Origin: Candidatus Saccharibacteria bacterium UBA6175
GTDB lineage: Bacteria; Patescibacteriota; Saccharimonadia; Saccharimonadales; Saccharimonadaceae
Direction: 5' to 3'
Length of the DNA: 64,000 nucleotides
NCBI GenBank assembly: GCA_002422915.1
Contig: DITV01000004.1
Span: 104,261 to 168,260, forward strand
Shown: positions 28,707 through 38,112 of the stretch, in pieces
Numbering within the stretch: the stretch's first letter is position 1
Layout: the number at the start of each line of letters is the position of its first letter
Program-made: the position numbers and the translations under genes
The notes under the pieces: model-generated
Databases searched by the model: none
Told to the model about the DNA's origin: nothing
The model's input: the letters and a program-made list of their open reading frames with translations, nothing else

Positions 28707-29749
28707 CTCAGCTCAATGTGCGTAAAACTCGCATCATTTGACACCACGTGAGTGCTTGTCATGACGATTTGATACTCCTTAGTTCGTGAGCTCAGCGCTT
28801 GTTGGCGGTCGGTGTCCAGCTCCGAGAAGACATCGTCAAGGAGAATGAGGGGCTTTTTACCGGTAAGGGTTTCAGTAATGGCGACTTCAAGAAATTTCAA
28901 AGCGAGCACGATAGTGCGGATTTCACCACGAGAGGCGACTGTGGTCGCCGGCTGGCCATTGAATGAGAAAAGAAGGTCGTGACGGTGTGGTCCTACTGAG
29001 GTGCTGCCAAGATAGGCATCTCGTTCTTGCGAGGTCATCAGGTCGTCGAGTAACCGCTGGCGAATGTCTCCCACAACCGTGTAACTATAGTGAACTGAAA
29101 TATCGTCAGTGGTGCGGGCGATATCTCGGTAAGCATCAGTTAAATCACGGTTCAACTGCTCGGTATAGGCAATGCGTTGCTCGATAATATAGGCGCCGTG
29201 TTCAGCCAACGAGATATTCCAGGTGAACAACTCGTCTTGGCTAAAACGGGCGCGTTTGAGTAAATTATTTCGTTGTTTCAGCGCACGTTCATACTTGCGA
29301 AGGGTGGTGCCGTAGAAAGGGTTGAGTTGAGTAATAAGTCGGTCGATGAAGGTGCGGCGGCGAGCAGGGGAGCCGTTGAGTAATCGAAGGTCTTCTGGCT
29401 CGAACAAGATCACCGGAAATTTATCTTTTGGTGCTAAGCGGCCGGAAGTTTTTCCATCGATGGTAAATTGTTTTCGCTTGGTGGGGCGGGCGGGGTCAAA
29501 CGTCACGGTGCGATCATCAGTTTCATCGAATGAAAGAATGATTCTCCACCAGGGTGAATCTTGCTGGAGAATCTCTTTATCGGAACCACGAAATGAGGTG
29601 CCTTGCAGGGCTATAAACAGCGCTTCCAAAAGTGTCGTCTTTCCACTTCCGTTCGGGCCAGTAATCACGGTGACGCCTTCAGCTAAGGCCGCTTGATGTT
29701 TGGTGTGCGACCGTAGGTGCTGAATCCGAAGGGTCTTAATCCGTGACAC
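28703..29749 (-). CDS. recF: DNA replication and repair protein RecF
   Basis: Walker A GPNGSGKTTLLEA, ALQGTSFRG, and the signature/Walker B region LLDDVFSELD. Confidence 0.9.
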   Translation of the reverse strand: MSRIKTLRIQHLRSHTKHQAALAEGVTVITGPNGSGKTTLLEALFIALQGTSFRGSDKEILQQDSPWWRIILSFDETDDRTVTFDPARPTKRKQFTIDGKTSGRLAPKDKFPVILFEPEDLRLLNGSPARRRTFIDRLITQLNPFYGTTLRKYERALKQRNNLLKRARFSQDELFTWNISLAEHGAYIIEQRIAYTEQLNRDLTDAYRDIARTTDDISVHYSYTVVGDIRQRLLDDLMTSQERDAYLGSTSVGPHRHDLLFSFNGQPATTVASRGEIRTIVLALKFLEVAITETLTGKKPLILLDDVFSELDTDRQQALSSRTKEYQIVMTSTHVVSNDASFTHIELS

Positions 29750-29751
29750 GG

Positions 29752-30852
29752 TTAACTCTTGAGTGGCATGATCACGTGGTAATAATTAGTGTCTTTCTTA
29801 ACCGATTTAAGAATACAAGGGGAGAGCTTTCCACTAAAGCTGAAACTAATCGTGTCGTCGTCGAGCACGCTCAGTGCCTCAGAAACATAGCGCGAGTTGA
29901 GGGTGACTTGTCCACCACCCGTGACGTCAGCAGTCAGTTCGGACGTGTTTTCACCCAGCTCTGAGGCGATCGAGTGAACCGAGACGGTCTTCTTGTCTGG
30001 GTCAACAGTAAGGGTGACGCTGCCGCCTGATTCACGGGCGAACAGGCCAGCAACTTTGGTCACGCGAGTAAATTCTTGTTTATTGACCACCGCAACGGTG
30101 TCAGATTTCGCAGGAATAAGTTGGCGGTAGTCGGGGAAGTTACCGTCAACCAGTCGGCTAATAATCTCGGCTTCGTTCACACGAAAGCGAACTTGGGTTT
30201 CATCGAAGAGAACATCAACGGTGTCTGAATCGTCGAGAACGGTACGGAGGACTTCTTGCAGGGTTTGCACCGGAATAATGGCCGAGACTTCGCTGGTTGT
30301 TTCAACTAAGCGACGCTCTGAGAGCCGATATCCGTCAGTTGCCGCCAAGTACAGGCTTCCGTTGTGTGAATGCCAGTAGACGCCTGTCAGAACGGGTCGT
30401 GTTGAGTCTGAGCTCGCAGTAATGATGGTTTGGGAGACTGCTTGTTTAAAATCTTCTGAATTAAATGAATAGGTGATCGACGATTCTTCATTAATGGTCG
30501 GGAGTTCGGGGAAGTCATCCGCAATCACCCCGTTAATAATTGAACTGTAGTTACCAGATTTGATATGAATGTTGTCGTTCTTCACCTTGAGTTCAATGGT
30601 GTCTTTCGGAAGGCTGCTAACGAACTCAGAGATAAGGCGAGCGGGGACAGTGATAGCGCCAGGTGTAACAATCTTTGCACCAATATACTGTGTGGTGGCG
30701 ATTTCGAGGTTTGTGGCAGCAACTAATAAACGATTACCGTCTGTTCGAAGCAAGATGTTATTCAGGATAGGAAGACCAGTCTTGTTGCTGGCTACCCGAC
30801 CCACTGCACTAAGTGCACGAGCGAAGTTTTCTTGGGTGACACTGAGCTCCAT
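29752..30852 (-). CDS. dnaN: DNA polymerase III beta sliding clamp
   Basis: 366 aa with the typical N-terminus LSVTQENFARALSAVGRVASNKTGLPILNNILL. Sits in recF-dnaN-dnaA synteny. Confidence 0.92.
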   Translation of the reverse strand: MELSVTQENFARALSAVGRVASNKTGLPILNNILLRTDGNRLLVAATNLEIATTQYIGAKIVTPGAITVPARLISEFVSSLPKDTIELKVKNDNIHIKSGNYSSIINGVIADDFPELPTINEESSITYSFNSEDFKQAVSQTIITASSDSTRPVLTGVYWHSHNGSLYLAATDGYRLSERRLVETTSEVSAIIPVQTLQEVLRTVLDDSDTVDVLFDETQVRFRVNEAEIISRLVDGNFPDYRQLIPAKSDTVAVVNKQEFTRVTKVAGLFARESGGSVTLTVDPDKKTVSVHSIASELGENTSELTADVTGGGQVTLNSRYVSEALSVLDDDTISFSFSGKLSPCILKSVKKDTNYYHVIMPLKS

Positions 30853-31129
30853 TATGTTATTCCTTTCTTATATTTTCTTTTTCTTCTTAATAATAGGTAC
30901 TGTGGATTGTGTGTATAAACGGTCGTATAACAGATTGAAATGGTTCAAAAACGAGGTGGACAATAGGGGATAAAAGGCGGGGACAAACGGTCGGATAAAT
31001 AGGGAGTTGTGCAAGTGCTGTGGGGTTATATGTAATGAGTTGTTAAGAATGGGGGAGAATCGTACACCTGTTATCCATGGCTGTGTTCGCAGGTTGTGCA
31101 CATTTTTTACCCATGAATAAAACACAGAA
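30853..31129. other. dnaA-dnaN intergenic region with degenerate DnaA boxes (possible second origin module)
   Basis: AT-rich 277 nt. TGTGGATTG at 30901-30909, TTATCCATG at 31071-31079, and several GGATAA cores. Confidence 0.4.
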
Positions 31130-32506
31130 TTAGGCATATAATTTCTCCCGAATTGATGCCACTTGTTCACGAATCACAAAATCAAGCTTGATCGCTTTCT
31201 CGATCTTCTCAACTGAGTGAATCGCTGTAGTATGGTCTTTTCGTCCAAGTTCACCAGCGATCTTTGGAAAGCTTAAATGAAGCTCACTTCGTAAAAGATA
31301 CATTGCGATTTGGCGGGGAACGACGATATGTTTATCACGCTTGTCGCTACACATCTCTTCAATCGCCAATTGGAAGTGTTTGGCCGTTTTATCGATAATT
31401 TGTTTACTCGTTAAGTGTTGCGGGCGGGACTGACGAACATTACCAAGGAGACCCTCGGCAGTCGAAATATCAGGATCAATCCCGTGTAGCTCCGCGTAGG
31501 CTAAGAGTTGGTTCAAAGCGCCCTCAAGCTCACGAATGTTGGTTTTTATGTTGGTTGCCAGGTATTCAACCGTCTCATTGTTCAACACCACACCAGACAT
31601 TTCTGATTTTGCCTTTAAGATGGCACAACGCGTTTCAAAGTCAGGCATCTGGACGTCAATCGTCATTCCCATCTCAAACCGGCTGCGGAGACGTTCGGTT
31701 AATGTTGGGATACTTCGCGGCGGCTTGTCGCTACTCATAATGATCTGTTTGTTGTTCTGGTGAAGGAAGTTGAAGGTATGGAAGAACTCCTCCTGGGTTT
31801 TTTCTTTGTTAGCAAAAAACTGCATGTCGTCGACGATTAACACGTCGATGTTACGGTATTTGTCAGAAAAGCCCTTTTTCTTAAAACGAATATAGTCGAG
31901 GAACTCACTCATGAACGTCTCGGAACTGACATAGATCACGCGAGCGTCGGGATTATTCTTGAGGATTTCATTTCCCACCGCCTGCATAAGGTGTGTCTTA
32001 CCAAGCCCAACGCCACCATAAAGATAGAGGGGATTGTACTTTACACCTGGAAACGCCGCGACGGCTTGGCTGGCGGTGTACGCCAGGTCGTTGCTCGACC
32101 CAACTATGAAGGAGTCAAATGTATAGCGGGGGTTTAGGTTACCACGAGAGGCGAGTGAAGAGACGGGCGGGCCAAAGCTGTGTGATGACGGTGACGCTTC
32201 GAGCACACCACCCTGTGGTTGCGTTGCTTGAAGAGTTGTCTCGCGGTTGACCCGAGTTTTTTTACCCGTTACCTGGACGGTGTAGGTGATCTTTTCAGGA
32301 GTAACGCCGTTCTTTTCGAGTACTTTCTTAATCTGTTCATCGAACTTTACCTGAAATTGCTTTTGCGCAAAAATGTTTGGTACCGCAATGACAATCTCTT
32401 CAGAAGAATGGCTGACCAGCTCAGTCTTTTTGAACCAGGTGGTAAACGTCGCATGCGAAACCGAGAGTTCGATTTCACCTAAGACACTTTGCCACAACGC
32501 GTTCAT
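31130..32506 (-). CDS. dnaA: chromosomal replication initiator DnaA
   Basis: AAA+ motifs LYGGVGLGKTHL and LIVDDMQF. C-terminal DNA-binding domain RQIAMYLLR...GRKDHTTAIHS. ATG at 32506 follows GGAGG and is preferred to the track start at 32578. Confidence 0.95.
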   Translation of the reverse strand: MNALWQSVLGEIELSVSHATFTTWFKKTELVSHSSEEIVIAVPNIFAQKQFQVKFDEQIKKVLEKNGVTPEKITYTVQVTGKKTRVNRETTLQATQPQGGVLEASPSSHSFGPPVSSLASRGNLNPRYTFDSFIVGSSNDLAYTASQAVAAFPGVKYNPLYLYGGVGLGKTHLMQAVGNEILKNNPDARVIYVSSETFMSEFLDYIRFKKKGFSDKYRNIDVLIVDDMQFFANKEKTQEEFFHTFNFLHQNNKQIIMSSDKPPRSIPTLTERLRSRFEMGMTIDVQMPDFETRCAILKAKSEMSGVVLNNETVEYLATNIKTNIRELEGALNQLLAYAELHGIDPDISTAEGLLGNVRQSRPQHLTSKQIIDKTAKHFQLAIEEMCSDKRDKHIVVPRQIAMYLLRSELHLSFPKIAGELGRKDHTTAIHSVEKIEKAIKLDFVIREQVASIREKLYA

Positions 32507-32790
32507 ACCCGATACACCTCCAAAAGTGAGCGAATTGTTATTACCATTACTATACGGCAAAAAGAGAGTTTTCCACAACCATAAAAGGGTTATAGAAAAG
32601 AGAGATAGGGGAGGGGCGTACAGGGGTTTGACTTATACACATATATTTACTACCTCTGTTAATTGTGTGGATAAAGGGGAGGAAAGTGGGGACAAGTTTT
32701 ATATACGACGTCACGATTTGTCAAAAAATCAAACGTTATGGAGCCCTAACACTTGAAGAATAGAGGTGAATAGAGTAGAATGGTACAGAT
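32507..32790. other. candidate oriC (dnaA-rpmH divergent intergenic region)
   Basis: Perfect DnaA box TGTGGATAA at 32666-32674. One-mismatch box TTTTCCACA at 32569-32577. AT-rich stretch ACACATATATTTAC around 32637-32650. Confidence 0.5.
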
Positions 32791-32928
32791 ATGCCAAAAC
32801 GAACTCACCAACCACACACACGTCACCGCGCCCGCACCCACGGGTTCCGTGCACGTATGGCTTCAAAAAGCGGCATTGCCGTTTTGAAGCGACGCCGCAT
32901 TAAAGGCCGCGCCAAAATCAGCGTCTAA
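32791..32928 (+). CDS. rpmH: 50S ribosomal protein L34
   Basis: 45-aa ORF not in the track: [45 protein letters not shown]. Canonical position upstream of rnpA. Confidence 0.93.
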   Translation: MPKRTHQPHTRHRARTHGFRARMASKSGIAVLKRRRIKGRAKISV

Positions 32929-32932
32929 GATT

Positions 32933-32958
32933 AACCGCCAGACTGGCGGTTTTTCATT
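32933..32958 (+). terminator. hairpin plus T-tract between rpmH and rnpA (attenuating terminator)
   Basis: 8-bp stem AACCGCCA/TGGCGGTT with loop GAC, followed by TTTCATTT. Confidence 0.5.
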
Positions 32959-32973
32959 TATACTAGAAAAACA

Positions 32974-33333
32974 ATGATCTCAAGTCTTTTTCGGTTTCAT
33001 GGACACAATAGCCTGCGCTATGTGTATTCAAATGGAAGAGCTGTTCGCTCAGCGACCTTGACGATTAAGTGGGCTCAAAACACCCACCGTCATAATCCCC
33101 GCGTTTCAATCGTCGTGAGCAAAAAAGTGTTGAAAGGCGCAGTTGGCCGAAACCGGATTCGGCGGCGGCTCTACGAGTACATGCGCACCGCACTTCCCCG
33201 CCTTAACGATACGTACGACATTGTGATAATTGTCACGTCAGCCGAGCTTCGCACGATTACATATGCGGAATTAACCGATCAACTCGAACAGTTGCTTGCC
33301 AAGGCTGAACTGTTTAAAACCTCAAAAAACTGA
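32974..33333 (+). CDS. rnpA: ribonuclease P protein component
   Basis: 119 aa, basic. The RVSIVVSKKVLKGAVGRNRIRRRL motif is typical of RnpA. Sits in rpmH-rnpA-yidC synteny. Confidence 0.88.
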   Translation: MISSLFRFHGHNSLRYVYSNGRAVRSATLTIKWAQNTHRHNPRVSIVVSKKVLKGAVGRNRIRRRLYEYMRTALPRLNDTYDIVIIVTSAELRTITYAELTDQLEQLLAKAELFKTSKN

Positions 33334-33371
33334 TATACTTTAACAGATATATTTAGTGTGAGGCCGACTGC

Positions 33372-34331
33372 GTGAACATTTTTGAACTTCTTATTGTGCA
33401 ACCTATTTTCAACCTTTTGATGGGGTTGTATGCCGTTATTCCGGGTGGCGACTTCGGTATCGCCCTGATTATCTTTACGATTATCGTCCGTTTTGCTTTG
33501 TGGCCATTAGTGGTGAGCCAGCTCCACCAGGTGAAGGCAATGCGTAAGCTACAACCAGATCTCGCTAAAATTAAAAAGGCTAGCAAGGGCAACAAGCAAC
33601 TTGAGAGCATGCAAATGCTTGAGCTCTACAAGAAGCACGGCGTGCGGCCATTCCGTTCAATCCTCTCTCTGTTGATTCAGCTCCCAATCTTCATCGCGCT
33701 TTTCCAAGTCATTCAAATCTTCACAAACAGCCGCGATCAGATCGCTAAGTTCACGTACGATTTCCTGGAAGGGGTTCCTGCGATTGCCGCACTTATTGCC
33801 GACCCCGCCTCATTTAATGAAAAGCTTTTTGGTGTCATCGACCTCACCGTCGTGACGATTCAATCAGAAGGTATCACCCTTGTCTTCTTGGTAGCACTTG
33901 CGATTGTTGCCGCTTGGACTCAGTACGTTATTTCAAAGCAGACCAGCCCAACCACCACCACAAAGCGATTCCGTGATGTCATGGCCGAGGCCGCAGAAGG
34001 TAAACAACCCGACCAGGCTGAACTCAACGCCGTCATGATGGGAAAGATGATCAAGTTCCTGCCGATCCTGATGCTCATCATTATGCTGAGCCTCCCAGGG
34101 GCCTTAGCATTGTACTACGCAACCTCAAACATCTTTGCCGCCCTGCAACAATACTTCTTGTTGAAACGCGACGCCAAAGAGATGGATCAACTCGCCGACC
34201 AACAGATCAAAAAAGAGGGTAAAAAAGCCACTGCCAAAGCCCGAGCAAAACAAGCGCAAGAAGGAAAGGTCACCGCCGGGGTGAACGTGACGCGCATTAC
34301 GGCGAAGGACACGGCTAAAAAGAAACGCTAG
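33372..34331 (+). CDS. yidC: membrane protein insertase YidC (short Gram-positive type)
   Basis: GTG start. IALIIFTIIVRFALWPL, MRKLQPDL..I, ELYKKHGVRP, and a Lys-rich tail. Confidence 0.88.
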   Translation: MNIFELLIVQPIFNLLMGLYAVIPGGDFGIALIIFTIIVRFALWPLVVSQLHQVKAMRKLQPDLAKIKKASKGNKQLESMQMLELYKKHGVRPFRSILSLLIQLPIFIALFQVIQIFTNSRDQIAKFTYDFLEGVPAIAALIADPASFNEKLFGVIDLTVVTIQSEGITLVFLVALAIVAAWTQYVISKQTSPTTTTKRFRDVMAEAAEGKQPDQAELNAVMMGKMIKFLPILMLIIMLSLPGALALYYATSNIFAALQQYFLLKRDAKEMDQLADQQIKKEGKKATAKARAKQAQEGKVTAGVNVTRITAKDTAKKKR

Positions 34332-34340
34332 GAGGACAGC

Positions 34341-34802
34341 ATGGATAAAGAACAATCGATTGAATTTGCACGACAGTACGTTTCAGACATCGTTTCGTTT
34401 TTTGGGGTCAATGTTGAAGTCACCGCATCGGTGGAAGACGACGTCATCGAGCTCTCTGTGCCTTCAACCGATATCAATAGCCTCCTGATTGGTCGCGGTG
34501 CCGAGACACTGCGCAGCCTGCAATACCTCGTCTCAACGGTGCTTCGTAACAAGGACGCCGCACTCACTCGCGTAAATGTGGACATTGCTGATTACAAAAA
34601 GCTTCGCAATGAAAAGCTGGCCGCTCAAGCCCGTGAGTGGATTGAAGAAGTCCGCCGCACCGGCAGCTCACACGTGGAAACGCTTAACGCTGCCGATCGG
34701 CGCATTGTTCACCAGGTTGCCACTGAGTTCTCCGATATTCGCACCTTCTCAGAGGGTGAGGGCCGTGATCGCTCAATTACGATCACCCAAATTAGCTCTT
34801 AG
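34341..34802 (+). CDS. jag: Jag/KhpB-type RNA-binding protein (KH plus R3H domains)
   Basis: LIGRGAETLRSLQYL (KH-like) and a C-terminal R3H region RRIVHQVATEF. Sits in yidC-jag synteny. Confidence 0.8.
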   Translation: MDKEQSIEFARQYVSDIVSFFGVNVEVTASVEDDVIELSVPSTDINSLLIGRGAETLRSLQYLVSTVLRNKDAALTRVNVDIADYKKLRNEKLAAQAREWIEEVRRTGSSHVETLNAADRRIVHQVATEFSDIRTFSEGEGRDRSITITQISS

Positions 34803-35889
34803 TTTTTAACACCTTCATGTAGACGGCGTGGGTTTCTTTCGCCATCTTTTTCCAAGAGTATTTCTTGAGCTGTTTCTGGCCCTCTTTGGTGAGCTGCGTT
34901 TGAATTTCTTTTGAGTCGAGCACAAGGCTGATTTTTTCGGCCATGTCAGCGACGTTTAGCGGGTCGAAGTAGATCGCAGCATCACCATACACCTCAGGAA
35001 GGCAGGTGGCGTTGCTGCTGACGACCGGGAGGTTGTGACCCATTGCCTCGAGCCCTGGCAGCCCAAAGCCCTCCATGAGTGAGGGGAAGACATATGCGGC
35101 GGCGTTGTCGTAGAGCCAGTTAAGTTCTTCATCCGAAACAAAATCGGTGAAATGGACGTTCTTGTACTTCTTACTAGTGACGTAGTCTTGTGTTTTGAGT
35201 GCAGCAGCATTCAGTTTGCCGGCTAGCACGAGGCCGAGCTTCGGATATTTCTTCAAAAGCTGTTGATGCGCGTCGGTCAGGCGCTTGATGTTCTTGTAGT
35301 CGGATTGACTGCCAACGTAGAGGAGAAACTGTTTGAAGGGAACAGAATAGGGGGTCGATGTACCCGCTGTCGTCTCCCCCGCTTCGTAGATCACCGTGAC
35401 CTTCTCTTCAGGAATATCGACAAAGTCGAGCAGATCCTTCTTGGTGAATTTGCTGATGGCAATAATGTGATCAGTCTTGCGGGCAACTTTCTTAAAGACT
35501 TGTTTGCCGACAAGCTGCTTGGCGTGGAAGACAAACCAGTTTTTATCGCTGTTGTAGGTGCGCACCAACGTCATGTCGTGAAAGGTCGTCACGGTTTTGC
35601 CTGTGTAGAGGACGGGTTGCTGCGGCATGCAAAAGTGTACCAGGTCAGGCGAAAGGTCGGTTAAGAGGCGATTGAAGCCAACCTGCTCTTCGACTGAGTA
35701 GTTGTCGAAGTCGGCCACCATGACGGTGAAGTTTTTGGCGGCCGGCTTCCAGTAGTCACGATCTTTCTCCGGTACCAATACAGTGTAGCGGTTCTTGCTA
35801 TCAACTTCTTGCAGGTAGTGAAGCAGGCGCTCAACATAGCGGCCGGTGCTGGAGTTCACAATTCGGGCATCAATTGCAATGTGTGCCAT
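34792..35889 (-). CDS. glycosyltransferase family 4 (GT-B fold)
   Basis: C-terminal EGFGLPGLEAMGHNLPVVSS motif (E-x7-E region) typical of GT4 enzymes. Confidence 0.85.
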   Translation of the reverse strand: MAHIAIDARIVNSSTGRYVERLLHYLQEVDSKNRYTVLVPEKDRDYWKPAAKNFTVMVADFDNYSVEEQVGFNRLLTDLSPDLVHFCMPQQPVLYTGKTVTTFHDMTLVRTYNSDKNWFVFHAKQLVGKQVFKKVARKTDHIIAISKFTKKDLLDFVDIPEEKVTVIYEAGETTAGTSTPYSVPFKQFLLYVGSQSDYKNIKRLTDAHQQLLKKYPKLGLVLAGKLNAAALKTQDYVTSKKYKNVHFTDFVSDEELNWLYDNAAAYVFPSLMEGFGLPGLEAMGHNLPVVSSNATCLPEVYGDAAIYFDPLNVADMAEKISLVLDSKEIQTQLTKEGQKQLKKYSWKKMAKETHAVYMKVLKTKS

Positions 35890-36309
35890 CTATTCCTCGG
35901 TCTTCTTAAAGACGAAGCGGGCGTACAAAATGTAGTTCCAAATCAGTGAAGCAACAGTTGCAATAAGCTTGGCGATTAAGAGGACGAGGGATTCATTCCA
36001 ACCGAACGGCGCCAGCAGGAAGGTGACGGCGAGGATGATCAGCGGCTGAATCACCCACAGAGCAATAATTGAGATGAGGAGGAATAAGCCGAACTGCTTC
36101 TTGACGTTGCCGCCTTTCGATTTGAAGGTAAATGACTTGTTGACGAAGAAGCTAAAGACAAAAGCGATAGAGGTGGAAATGTAGTTGGCAGCAATACTAT
36201 TCAGCCCAAGCGCCACGAATATAAATAGCAACGCAAAATCGAGTGCGGTGTTGGCTCCACCAACAATGGCGAACCTAAGCTTTTCGGCGTGTTTTTTTAG
36301 CAGTTCCAT
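35890..36309 (-). CDS. GtrA-family membrane protein
   Basis: 139 aa with four TM helices. N-terminal FAIVGGANTALDFALLFIF is typical of GtrA. Confidence 0.8.
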   Translation of the reverse strand: MELLKKHAEKLRFAIVGGANTALDFALLFIFVALGLNSIAANYISTSIAFVFSFFVNKSFTFKSKGGNVKKQFGLFLLISIIALWVIQPLIILAVTFLLAPFGWNESLVLLIAKLIATVASLIWNYILYARFVFKKTEE

Positions 36310-37237
36310 TTTTATACTCCTCTACAAAATATAACGGTCGTTGTTTGGTTTCATTAAAAATCCGTCCGACGTACTCTCCAATGATACCAATCGAGAGGAG
36401 CTGAACGCCACCAAGAAAGAGGATGACGGCGAGGGTTGAGGGGTAGCCGGCAATCTCGTTGCCAAACAGAATCGTTTGCAGGATAACCGCGACAAGGTAA
36501 ATGAAGGCAGCGATTGAAACAAAGACACCAAGGAAGGTTGAGATACGGAGAGGTGCGGTGGTAAACGAGGTGATGCCATCAATAGCCAGGTTAATCAGTT
36601 TTGCATAGTTCCAACCCGTCTCTCCAGCAGCTCGTGGATCACGGTCGTACAGGATTTCTTTTTTGTGGAAGCCGATCCAGCTAAACATCCCCTTGGTGTA
36701 GCGCTGCGACTCTCGCATCTGTTTCAATGCCTCTACTGCGCGGGCGTCGAGCAGGCGGAAGTCACCGGTGTCCTTCTGAATCGGGACGTGACTAATCTTT
36801 TCAAGAATAAAGTAGAACGACTTTGAGGTCAGGCGCTTAAACCAGCTTTCGCCGTCCCGACTGTTACGCTTGGCATAGACGTCGTCGTAGCCTTCTTCCC
36901 AGAACTTGATCATCTTGGGGATAAGCTCTGGTGGATCTTGTAGGTCGGCGTCAATAATCACGGTTGCGTCGCCCGTGACGTAATCAAGGCCGGCGATCAT
37001 GGCGATTTCCTTGCCGAAGTTTCGTGACAGGTTGACGTAGGACACGCGTTCATCGGTTTCGGCGAAGTGACGAATCATATCGAGCGTCGCGTCGCGGCTG
37101 CCGTCGTTGACGAATAAGAACTCAAACGCGTAGGCGGGCGTGTTCTGGGCCAGCTTATGCAGGCGAACGTAGAGCTTTTTTAAAACGAGCTCCTCGTTGT
37201 AGGCAGGAATAAGAATACTGATTTTTTTCATTGTCAT
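36275..37237 (-). CDS. glycosyltransferase family 2 (GtrB / polyprenyl-phosphate glycosyltransferase-like)
   Basis: ISILIPAYNEE, VNDGSRD and IDADLQDPPE motifs plus two C-terminal TM helices. Confidence 0.88.
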   Translation of the reverse strand: MTMKKISILIPAYNEELVLKKLYVRLHKLAQNTPAYAFEFLFVNDGSRDATLDMIRHFAETDERVSYVNLSRNFGKEIAMIAGLDYVTGDATVIIDADLQDPPELIPKMIKFWEEGYDDVYAKRNSRDGESWFKRLTSKSFYFILEKISHVPIQKDTGDFRLLDARAVEALKQMRESQRYTKGMFSWIGFHKKEILYDRDPRAAGETGWNYAKLINLAIDGITSFTTAPLRISTFLGVFVSIAAFIYLVAVILQTILFGNEIAGYPSTLAVILFLGGVQLLSIGIIGEYVGRIFNETKQRPLYFVEEYKNGTAKKTRRKA

Positions 37238-37257
37238 AAGTATACCACTGACAGGGG

Positions 37258-38112
37258 TTAGACGATAGAGGCGAGGAGGCTAGTGAGGCTGGTGGCGGTA
37301 GTTGCGCCAGCCGACTTGAGTGCCTCGGTTTTGGCCATTGCCGACTCCCCTTCGGATCCTAAGATTGCCCCAGCGTGTCCCAGTTGAACGCCGGCCGGTG
37401 CATGGTGACCGGCAATGTAGGCGAAGGTCGGTTTGGTGACGTGTTCTTTGATGAAGTCGGCTGCGCGCAGTTCTTCGTGTCCGCCAATCTCACCGATCAC
37501 GATAATGCGGTCGACATCGGGGTCGTCTTGGAATAACCGCAGGCAGTCGATAAAGCCCATGCCGTGCACCATGTCGCCACCAATGCCGATGACGTACTTT
37601 TGGCCGATGCCCTTGGCAGTGAGAGCAGCCATTGCTTCATAGGTAAGGGTGCCCGAACGGCTGACGATGGCGGTGGAGCCGGGGAGTGACATGGCGGCCG
37701 GGATGATGCCAAGTTTATGAACACCAGGCAATAGCGCACCGGGTGAGTTAGGGCCAAGCAGCGTGGTGCCAGAGTGTGTGAGCGCTTCGTTGACTGCTAG
37801 CATGTCGTGTACCGGAATGCCTTCGGTGATGCAGATGACCAGCGGGACATTGGCGGCGATGGCTTCAAGCAGGGCGCCTTTGGCAAACCTAGCAGGGACG
37901 AATATCACCGAGATATCGACGGTGTGTTCTTTTTGAATGTCGGCAATAGAATCGTAGACGGGGACACCTTCGACGAGCTGGCCAGCTTTTCCTGGCGTGG
38001 TGCCTGCGATGATGTTCGTACCCGCTGCCAGCATCGATTTCGTCTGAAAGCTGCCGTGTGCGCCAGTAATCCCCTGCACTATCACGTTCTTGCCGGTGAA
38101 GAGGTTATTCAT
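37258..38112 (-). CDS. sucD: succinate--CoA ligase (ADP-forming) alpha subunit
   Basis: VIVQGITGAHGSF, ICITEGIPVHDM, VSRSGTLTYE and the catalytic His in GHAGAI. ATG at 38112 gives an 8-nt overlap with sucC. The track N-extension is rejected. Confidence 0.88.
   Translation of the reverse strand: MNNLFTGKNVIVQGITGAHGSFQTKSMLAAGTNIIAGTTPGKAGQLVEGVPVYDSIADIQKEHTVDISVIFVPARFAKGALLEAIAANVPLVICITEGIPVHDMLAVNEALTHSGTTLLGPNSPGALLPGVHKLGIIPAAMSLPGSTAIVSRSGTLTYEAMAALTAKGIGQKYVIGIGGDMVHGMGFIDCLRLFQDDPDVDRIIVIGEIGGHEELRAADFIKEHVTKPTFAYIAGHHAPAGVQLGHAGAILGSEGESAMAKTEALKSAGATTATSLTSLLASIV

Noticed and set aside
30868-31170. A 100-aa minus-strand ORF filling the dnaA-dnaN spacer.
   Set aside because: The region is AT-rich intergenic sequence with DnaA-box-like motifs. 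The ORF has low-complexity composition, no RBS, and overlaps the dnaA 3' end.
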